A DNA stretch of 59,392 nt, filler included, from Sluysia triapertura (Eukaryota): NCBI GenBank assembly GCA_046118255.1. It is 3 parts of 3 records of this genome, joined end to end, with 100 filler letters (N's around TTAATTAATTAA, not from the genome) between each part and the next. Parts side by side here need not be neighbours in the genome. Positions count along the whole stretch, not along the records: positions 28,763 to 59,392 come from JBJNIA010241768.1; 2 more parts are not named here. The stretch is one strand, 5' to 3'. A program made the translations under genes and the position numbers. The notes beneath the pieces were generated by a model that was given only the letters and a program-made list of their open reading frames with translations, searched no databases and was not told the origin of the DNA. Shown here one piece after another: positions 49,652 through 59,392 of the stretch (its first letter is position 1; each line of letters begins with the position of its first letter).

Positions 49652-50299
49652 CGTCTAACAATTTCATTTTTAATATATTCAATTATACTACTTGGCACTT
49701 TTTAGGCCTCTTACCCCAACAAAAACATATAATACATGGCTTAACTGCTTATTTTAAATACAATGAAAATTAAGAAATAAATGTAATTCAAAAAATTACT
49801 AGGTAGATGAGGCGTACAATGCCCAATGTTGTATACCACTATTATCAAATTTCTATAAGTCGCAATATATAGTGCCTGCGTTTTCACTGGCAAGAATAAT
49901 GGATTTACTGAAAAAATATATTTACATATGTTTACAATTCATTGTATCATTCATTAAGAATGTTTTGACAAAAAATGCTTGAATGTGAAATGTAAGATAT
50001 TTTAATTGTTAATTATGTTAAGATCAATACTTCGAATGATATACTTTGAATTAAAAGAACCAGAGACTTTTCATATGCAATGAAGTGCATGAATTTCTAA
50101 GGAAAATGCAATGACTCAACTAGTTGAACTTTAGGTAACATTCTAATTTTACTTTATAGATAAAAGCCAATAAAGTAGAAAAAACAATCTTTAACTCTGG
50201 ATAACCAAGATACAAAGAAAAAAATATTGCAATTCACTTGAACATAATAAAAAAACATAATTTTGATGTTTAAATTATGCTGAAAATATATGTGCACTT

Positions 50300-50630
50300 A
50301 TGAAACCCGAACATTCAATTTCAAAAGAAAAAGTTAATGTGTTACAATGTTAACTCACCCACAGATCCGAAAATTTTAAAATTAATTGAAATGTCTTTTA
50401 ATTGGCTTTTGAAGATTTTTTTTGATATTTTCAATGAGCCAAATATTAATCCAATTATTGTTGAAATGTTTCTTGAATTAAACGAAAAGAAAATATTGTC
50501 TAAAATTGTAATGGGTGATTTCATTGCATGACTATGTGTAAAAATTTTTAACAATTTTTCGAAAGACGTAGTCGTGGAAAAGAATTTTTTGCTTCGATTC
50601 ATGCATCGGCACAGAATGGCAATCTTTTAA
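50300..50630 (+). pseudogene. Non-LTR retrotransposon APE endonuclease remnant (RTE/CR1-like)
   Basis: CYNVNSPT (cf. QVYAPT), KIVMGDFIA (cf. IMGDFNA) and QNGNLL (cf. NENGERL) in the expected order; stop-interrupted. Confidence 0.5.
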
Positions 50631-51296
50631 AGCTTAATTTTCATTTAAAGCTAAAACTTGTTAAAGTCCATCAAATGAACAAGTAAAAAATTGAAAATAA
50701 AATTTTTACATTTAAAACGACAATTATATATAAGGTTATGTAGGTGTCAGATCATTACTTAACATGAAGCGAGCCGAGAATTCGAAAATGTTGAAAAATA
50801 TAGTAGTGCATACCATATTAGAATTAATGATAACACTTTTCAATTTTATATTCAGTTTTTCAGTCTGAAAATAACTTGTTTCAATTTGAAACTAAGTAAA
50901 TAAATAAATTTTATTTCATTTAAAATTTTGTTTGAATAAAGTGCTTTAACTTCTAACATTATCCCTCATTTTTAAAATTATGAAAGTTAGTTTGGTGAAT
51001 TAAAAATTAAATAAATAAATATCAACATATTTTAATTAATTTAATTTGAATTTATACAAATAATAATTTACGCAAATTAAATCTCTGAAATATAATTATA
51101 AAATTGTTCAATAGCATTTTATACATTAAATTTTTTTGATGCATAGGTCTTTTATATAGTATCGGTAAAATAAAGTTTAGTTTAGTTGCGTTAAAAATTC
51201 AAAATTAATTTATGGTATTTCATTTTAAAATATAAATTGCAATTACCAATAATATATCGTAATTGCTTAATTATATGAATTTAACAATTTTGAATT

Positions 51297-52205
51297 ATGG
51301 ATATTGAAGGTATTTATAAAGTATTTATAAATTTATGCAAAACAAATATAATCAAATCAATTTTGATATTTAGTGGGTATAGAAGCGTTGATGATTTCAT
51401 GTTATATGATAAATATGTTGTTCATTCTATTATTGATTATATAAAACATTATGATGATATGATACCAGAAGAATGGAGGAATTTTAAATTTACAAATAAA
51501 ATTATAAAACGTTTGCAAGTTGCATTTGCTTTAGTTAAAGCTGCTTTAGAAATTAATTATGAGCATATGATGAAAGTTGTTATTGAAGATAATGTAATGA
51601 AAAATATTGAAGATTCATTTGATAGTCAAACAATTTCTAATGATGAAAACTCAGTGGTAACTAATTCACATAATATTTCGAATTTTGAAGCTTCATCTAG
51701 CTTCACAAACATATACAGTTTAAATAATGAATCAATTCTTTTACATAGTAGTCTATTAGCAGAAATTAATGTCATAAGACAACCTCTAGTAATCGATAAA
51801 ACTAGTAATTTATTATCGATTAAAAATGCTTATTCTTCAGAAAATAAAATTACTAAAAATCAAGTGGATACTAGTAAATGTGATAGTGATGTAGAAGAAT
51901 TATTCGTCAATGATGAATTAACAATTGGGAAATCAATTGCTAAACAAATAAAGAACACTTTTAACAAGTCTGAATTTTGTTACCGAAGTGATTTTGATGT
52001 ATTAATTTGTGTAAATCCAAGTAAAAAGAAACGAGGACAATTTATATGTAAATTATGTAAACAACAAGGCAATCAAGATGATGTGGTTAAATTCAAAATA
52101 AAGGAAAATAATATTTTCAACCCCACCAAAATTTTAGAGCATATGAATAGACATTTTAAAGTGACGTATTTTTATGATCCAAAGAACGTTATTGTTATAG
52201 ATTAA
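51297..52205 (+). CDS. Uncharacterised intronless 302-aa protein with C-terminal BED/C2H2-like zinc finger
   Basis: 909-nt ATG-to-TAA ORF in very AT-rich DNA, unlikely by chance. Contains FICKLC...x27...PTKILEHMNRH and an acidic/Ser-rich middle. AATAAA at 52245-52250. Confidence 0.75.
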   Translation: MDIEGIYKVFINLCKTNIIKSILIFSGYRSVDDFMLYDKYVVHSIIDYIKHYDDMIPEEWRNFKFTNKIIKRLQVAFALVKAALEINYEHMMKVVIEDNVMKNIEDSFDSQTISNDENSVVTNSHNISNFEASSSFTNIYSLNNESILLHSSLLAEINVIRQPLVIDKTSNLLSIKNAYSSENKITKNQVDTSKCDSDVEELFVNDELTIGKSIAKQIKNTFNKSEFCYRSDFDVLICVNPSKKKRGQFICKLCKQQGNQDDVVKFKIKENNIFNPTKILEHMNRHFKVTYFYDPKNVIVID

Positions 52206-55200
52206 ATATTAGAAAAATTCTTGAAAAACATTTATATAGTACTTAATAAATTTTGTTTTTTTTTAATTTACTTGTTGAAAGTCACTGATTTTTGGATAAT
52301 TTCTTGTGTATCCTAGTTTTTACTACAATTTTTAAAGATAATTTGCATAAAGTAATCATTGTGATTCACTATTTTGTAGTCTTATTGTTTCGTTTGAACT
52401 CAAATTTCAAATTGAGTTTAAAATGAATTAGGTAACGATAGTCAAATTTCCGAAATTAGTTTTGAAATTTCACAAAGTCAAATTTATTAACTAAAGTAGT
52501 GTTAACTTTAGCAAGATCCTTATGCGAAATTTAGTGAACATTTAATTAAAACAATAATTATATATTAACAAAAGAAAAATAGAGTGCAATAGTTGATAGA
52601 ACAGACACAGAGATGACAAGAATTCTCCATTGTGAGAATAATAAAATTTTTGCCCACTACACATTATTTCAGATTTCAGACATAAAAAGGGTGTTAATAA
52701 AATAAGTCATTGAAGGGATTATGAAAATAAAATTAAAGGAAGTTGGTAATGTAAAGGAATAGATTATAATGTAGATAATTTTCGCGCTAAGCCAAACCCG
52801 CCTAATCCGGATAGTGGGAGATACCTAGTTTACTCGTGCGCGCCAAATTTGATTTGAGATAGATCGTTTTGATTGGTAGGATTTGGTATTATTTAGTTTA
52901 TTAATTTGTACATGAGATTAGTATTCATTTATATTTGGTTCTAATAAATTGAACTGATAATTTTAAGAAGTCGATAGTATTTTGCATGTACATTATTTGT
53001 ACAACATTAAATAAAAACTATTTTGAGCAACACATACAATACTAAAAATTAAGTAGATCCCATTTAATATGTACTAAATTGATGTATACAAGCCATTTTC
53101 GTCTTTCTTATCACAAGTAATTATGACACTGAAATAGAAATATTATCACATACAAAATACTGTTCATCGTTCTTGTCATAATCAGAGCATTACTTTAAAA
53201 ATTAACTTTTATATAAGGATTTGTTTGGTATTTCATTTATTTATGTTATGTCTTTACTTATTTCAAATAAAATATCACCAAATTGAGTTGGCAGGATTTT
53301 ATACGTGATTTGAATTTGTAAATTAAACCTTGTAAAAAGTACATTTCATGAGTTAAACATTCTGGGCTTTTCACGTTTCATAAACGAATAGATTAAATTA
53401 CTTAATTCTTTATCGGACGAAAGTTTTCTTCGCCATTAGATGATTATTTTTGTGTGCCGGCCAATTTTGGTACATTGGACGATTTTGAATGAGACATTGT
53501 ATATAAAAATGATGCAAGAAAAAACGCAGCTCATTTTTATACACAAATTTTAGTGTGTATGCATGGACTGAAAAAAAATTCTACTCCGCGTGTGTTCACA
53601 CATGAATAGAACAACGATTATTTTTTATTTTTTAATTATTAATTACGAAGCTCACGTTTTAAATGATATTTGAAATTTAATCAATTGAACCAAACAGTAC
53701 GTACGCAAATTAAAATATTATTCGTTGGTTATTTTTACAAATGGTAAATACATAATTATGGAGTCTAAGAAACCAATAGAATAAATTGATTATGTATAGT
53801 CATGCAAAGCCGCATTCAAAATAGAGGAATCAATTTATATAAGCTATTAACAAAGTTTGGGAACCAGTGGATGATTGAACCTGAAATTTTTCTTACCCTG
53901 CATTATTTAAAGTACAATCTTTTATGTGGCATTATTTTTGATATCAGTAAAGTTGTGCTTGGTATTTTAAACTTGCAATTCGCCCAGGGGATAATTTCCA
54001 GTAAAAAAATTAGTTCATTTAGACGATCAATTTATTACTTTTTATAAATGGGTTTTCGAAATTCGACCGAAATTGAAAGACTACAGAGCACCGCTTAAAG
54101 GTCGACAAATTATCAGGAAATTTGAGTCCGATAAAGAAGTCACCCACTTGATGGCGAATATATTCCGGACTGACCTAAAAGTTCTAATGAATTAAAATTT
54201 TTAATTTTAATTGCGCGTATAGATTATAATTTTTACAGATGATCAAAAATAATTACAGAAAGCAATAAATAATTTTAATTTGATTTTTAATTTATTTTGG
54301 TTTATGTTTTGAAAAATATATTTGAGGTTTGGAGTTTACATCAGTCCAGTGAGATCATTTTACAATATCAGCACATTTGCATTAATGACATTTGTATTCA
54401 TTGTACAAAAACATTTAAACAATAAAAAATGCTGGACGAAAAACAATTAGTAAAGTATAAACATTACACGAACTAATTTTAATATTAATTAATGTGACTA
54501 AGATTACGAACATAACAAGAATTTAGGACGATACATATTATAATGACACAGATATGAGTGTAGGTAATCATAAAAGTTGTACCACAGCTTTAGGAAATCA
54601 TAAATACAAAAGTAGATAATCATAAAAGTTATAAAAATAAATCAACACGTCAGCATAATTATTCTAATAGTTTAATTCTATATAATCAAAAGTACATTCC
54701 CTATAGTACTATAACTACCATTATGAAAATAGTCAGGACAACGTAAAGCCAACTTAGGTTCATTAAGTTAGAATTCTTCATCGCTATTAGTAACAAATTA
54801 TTTTGAAAACAAAACCTGATCACGTAGAACTAAGTAATAGCAGTATCACGAGAGCCATTACCTAAAAACCAAAATCCAGAAAAACATTAATAAGGAGATA
54901 TAAACGATATGCAAGAAGACGAGAAAATATAGATTGAAAAAAGTAGGACTTGTATTCTATAAATACATAACTTAAGTAAAATACGAAGACGTGGTATTTA
55001 TTTAAGTATAATTAATTAACTTTTAGATTATTAACTAAACTATGGAAAATAGCCTCAATCATAATGAGGACTTAAATAAGTTATAAAACATTCTGTAATG
55101 TTCAAAAGTTTCGAACGAAAATGTATTATTGAATGCATTAGTGATGTCGATTTGGAAAATGTATCCCGTATTATTATCATTCAATGACGTGTTTTGATAC

Positions 55201-55811
55201 TATTCGTACTTTAATTATTGATAAAAATGAAAATGTTGTGTTAAATAAAAACTGGAGTACTATACTATATGAAATTGCAACTACAATCCTGTAAATTACT
55301 TGAAGCTAAATTTATTAATTTTAATTTTATGGTACAAGTATTTAGAATGCAACGAAATGAAGAAAGTTCTCTAATAATTATTAAAAAATTTAAAGGAAAA
55401 AATGTGAATAATAAATAAATGTATTTTATGTATGAATTTCTTTTGATTTATTATAAAATTTTCATACGTTAAAATTAAAAATGGATTTAAATAATAATAA
55501 TAACGCCACTTACCAAAGTCGTTTGCATGTAAATTACTACAAATAATTTAAAAATAACTTTAATAAAATATATCAGCATCAAGGTGGGTGAATGGAAACA
55601 GGATTAACTCAAAAGGAATTTTTTTAATTAAAGTAATTAATGGTTTTGAAGAAAATTGGTCAAGCAGACTACAAAAACATGATGCAATCATTATTAATTA
55701 CTTATACCAAGAAGTTAATAAATATGATGATTTTAATAATTTATTCACTAAAATAGCTATTTCATTAAGGTAGTAATCATCGTACTTGAAATTTAAATAT
55801 ACATTATTTAA

Positions 55812-56401
55812 CCCTTTAACTACGGCTATTTAAGAGGGTAGCAAAAAATAAAAATTTCAAACAACTATTTATTTTGTTTTAGAACAATATCTTAAGAAGA
55901 ATAAAATAAAATTCTTCTTGCATTTGTAAGTTGATCTTGCAATTGGAAGCTATTTTATGTCGATTTTTGGCGTAAAATTGAGAATTTCGCTTACCAAATT
56001 TAAAATTTCAGTTGGGATGTTTCATTTTAACCTCCTGATAAAAATTGTGTAGTAAAACGTCCATAAAACGAACTCTTAAAATGTAATATTTTTCTAATTT
56101 GATTATTTTTGGTACAGAATGGAAATTCGACTTATGTAGGTGTATATTTCTATAACTCATATTTTTGACTCTAAAATAAAATACAGTCTAACTTCCATAA
56201 TTTAACTTCTTAAAATATGAAATTTTTTCAGTACTTATTTTAGGTACACAATGGAAATAATTCTTTATAATCATAATAAATTACTTGAGTTTCTATGTCA
56301 TGCGTATCTAAATGAAATAAGATATTCATAATATAGATAAGGGATAGTGTACCCGGAGCAATTCATCAGATCGCTTATTGACGACAGCCGCAGTTAAAGG
56401 G
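55812..56401. mobile_element. piggyBac-type MITE (590 bp)
   Basis: TTAA flanks; TIRs CCCTTTAACTACGGCT / AGCCGCAGTTAAAGGG (15/16). Confidence 0.88.
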
Positions 56402-57305
56402 TTAATAATGTTTAAAAATCCTAGAGCGTCAAGCATTTCATATAAATTATTTCTAATAAATGAATTTCATTACCTTTATGGTACTCTTCCATGGACTTCT
56501 GCCTTGATACGTAAAAATCAACGTAACTTTTAGAATAACCTTTATCGTAACTATCATTTATTATGTCAGAATTAAATTCAATTTTACGATACACTTCTTT
56601 AGTCTCTCCACTTATACTTTAGAGCAGTTGTAGTTTATTTTGTAGTGTAAACGTCATCTTCGCAATGTATTTGATTAATGCTTTGAATATATTTATTTAC
56701 GTTGATACAGAGTTCATGAGGTATTTTATCATAACCACCATTTACTTCATAGGATTGTCTGATTAATAACCCAAAAACAAGATTCTGGAATCGATTATGA
56801 GTTTAATTTTGATTATGAATTATTGGGAATCCAATTATTTAATTGCTAAACAATTTTTTATTGTCAAACTGAATATAATTTTGATTACAAATTATTGTGA
56901 ATTTAATTTTTTTGGCAACCTTGATAATTTTTTATTTGATTGGCTACGTAACTTGGTTTACTAATTTTATTTTTTACTGCTTGTCTAGCTTGTTCGTTTT
57001 CTCATTGGAAGATTTTTCGCTGTTTTCTCAATTTTGTAAGGAACAAATTTATATTTAACGCAAAATAACAAAATCATTATTTAACGAAGTTATTCTAATA
57101 ATGAAACGTTGATAAAATAGAAATGAAAAATGAACAATAGTATGCAAAAAGGACAAGCGAACACAAAATGATTGTGCTGGGTTTGCCCGATAACTAGACA
57201 CAGAAACATACAAGTGCATAAAGACTTCACATAAAAAATAAATCAATAAAGAATAGCTTAAACATTAAAAGAACAGAATTTTAAACATTGTTAGACTTCA
57301 TAAAA

Positions 57306-57377
57306 TAGACTGACTGGGGATCGAAACCGAGACCTCTAGCTGCGCAGTTCAATGCTCTACCACTGAGCTATCAGCCC
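57306..57377 (-). pseudogene. tRNA-like sequence, core of repeat copy C (57289-57434)
   Basis: 72 nt, near-identical to 49580-49651. Loop CT-GCG-CA; poor anticodon stem; two T-stem mismatches. Confidence 0.78.
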
Positions 57378-59392
57378 CGTCTAACAATTTTTAGTCAACC
57401 AAACCAAATGGCACCTTAGGCATATATTCCAACATTAAAGAATAGCTTAAAGACTGTTAAAGCACATTGAATTTTTTAAGAAACCTTGGGAATGTTTTAA
57501 AAAATTTGATGTCCTAAAATGTCTTTGAACCTTTAAAGTTTTGCAACCACTGAAGTGTTTTATAAGCTCTTAAGCATTTGAGAATTTCTATATCTCTTGT
57601 AAGTGTTGAATACTATATTTAGAAAAATTTTTAATTATTAAAACATTAATAACTGCAGCAAATAAACTATAAAAAGGAAGATTAATGAAGGTGAAAACAC
57701 CTAGAATCACCTTTGAATGCCAAGTGGTTTTGGTACCCTTATTAAAGCTTTAAAACTAATGTAAGAAAATTCTTAAAATTAATTAAAATCTTAATGAATT
57801 TAATTAAGAAAAATGCGTCTGAATGCGTTTGATAAAGTTGAAACGGTTTGACTTTTCGATAGCGATATGGTTTAGCCGAGTTCAGGTCAGAAAATCTGAA
57901 TATTGAGTAAAGCTTGATTTTAATTAATTCTCAAAACTAAAATAATAAATTTCACATATGTTGAATAATGTATTGAGCGAGAACATGTATTTTCTGAGGA
58001 CTGTCAGAAATATACAATTCACCAAAGATTTAACGAAAACAATTAGTATTTTTTATATAAAGTAGATCACATAACTTACTAATCAAATATTAATTTTACT
58101 TTTGTTTTAGATTTACCAGAACTTACAAAATTATTATTAATATTGTAGTTAGGATGGCGCTTAAGAAATGCAAATATCTCTACTAGAGTCATTATTAATC
58201 TTATGCAACTTAAAGTCGTCAAAACCTTTGAAAATAAAGCTTCTTAGGCCATAACATACTTAAAGAAAATAACAATTTGATTATATTAAAAACTTGAATA
58301 AATTTGCCATTATTAAAATAATTAGAAGGAAGCTGTATTATAACATCTATCGATACAGTTTCTTGTCATGCTAAATCTTCCAAACTCAAAATATTTATGG
58401 ATACAAAATTAACATCTTTAAAATAAATTAATAATTACATTTTATATACATTTAACACTTTTGGAATGTAAAGTAGCTTTATTCAATATTACATCTTTAA
58501 AACATTTTATATTAGAATTCAAAACATCTATCAATACAAGATTATTAGAATCTTTAATTAAAATACAATTTTTGTGATACTTCTATATCTGATATATCTG
58601 ATTTTTTTAAACAATCTAAATGCTTTGATATAAGTTTTTAAATGAATATAAAATTAAGAAATTGTGATGGCTCTGAGGGCGTTTATCGAACAGAGAGGTA
58701 TCAACTCGAAGGTTGCTATTATGGAAGTTAAAATAGTGTAAAACTCGTTACTAAATACAAAAGATTGATCATGACACTTAAAGTACTTAAGAAAAAAGCT
58801 CATGGATTTAAGGTCCTTCTTAAAATATTATGTTGTATTTGATATTTTATATTTTGAATATTTTAATTTTTTATTAAAATTAGTAATAAAATTGATCCTT
58901 TCGGTACGAGTAACGCATATATGTGTGTTTGCAGTTATCTTAAAAATAAGTTATTTTATTAATAAAATGTTTTAAATTAATTTAACACGCCCAATTTCAT
59001 TTTTCGACTTATATTTCTAAAATAAAATATATTTTATATCCACATTTTCTATTAGAGCTTCGTTCTAGAAAGAAAATAAAAGAGAATAAAAGAAAATACA
59101 TAAAATTTCAATCTAGTGAATGAAACGTTGGATTGTGCATAAACCTTTGTTTTAAAAATCATTAATAACTTAAATGAAATATTTTACTGGAAAACTTATT
59201 TTAATAAAATCCTGCCTCAATAGGGTTAAAATTAATAATAACAAAATAATAATAATGTTAACATAATATTTTAAATTTTATGAAACTGAATATCAATAAA
59301 TAATTTTAACATCTTTAATAATTTAATTTTATATTAATAAATTTTGCGCAAATAGGTCCAAGGATGGAATAATGAATAATCATAATAGCTAT

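Noticed and set aside
57247-57451. 16-bp direct repeat TAAAGAATAGCTTAAA as a target-site duplication of cassette copy C
   Set aside because: The left copy is 26 nt from the element end and belongs to a local degenerate tandem repeat, so it cannot be assigned as a TSD.

Overview
Very AT-rich (by eye roughly three-quarters or more A+T) eukaryotic, most likely metazoan, scaffold made of three contigs joined by two artificial 100-nt spacers (N44-TTAATTAATTAA-N44 at 15858-15957 and 28663-28762). Three spliced host genes can be reconstructed by hand, all incomplete in the window: the 5' half of fumarate hydratase (minus, 3 exons, 12514-13169), the middle of an epsin (plus, 3 exons with DPW motifs and a TPQEFLGENANLVNLDNL signature, 20428-22453) and ARID2/BAF200 (minus, 5 exons, 46037 to about 29539). 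Introns are strongly bimodal (33, 38, 42 nt versus 0.6-7.4 kb). There is also an intronless 302-aa ORF with a BED/C2H2-like zinc finger and a 460-aa ORF built on a 60-bp minisatellite. The rest is transposon debris: a mariner pseudogene, two piggyBac transposase remnants, several TTAA-flanked MITEs, hAT-type MITEs, a LINE endonuclease remnant, an LTR-like repeat family and many (AAT)n tracts. The most unusual signal is a four-copy element in which a 72-nt tRNA-like cloverleaf plus oligo-T terminator is boxed by TGTTAGAC...GTCTAACA inverted repeats and preceded by a conserved leader starting TGTTGG. It does not look like a standard SINE and may be a tRNA-carrying mini-LTR or MITE. All annotation is manual; no searches were run.
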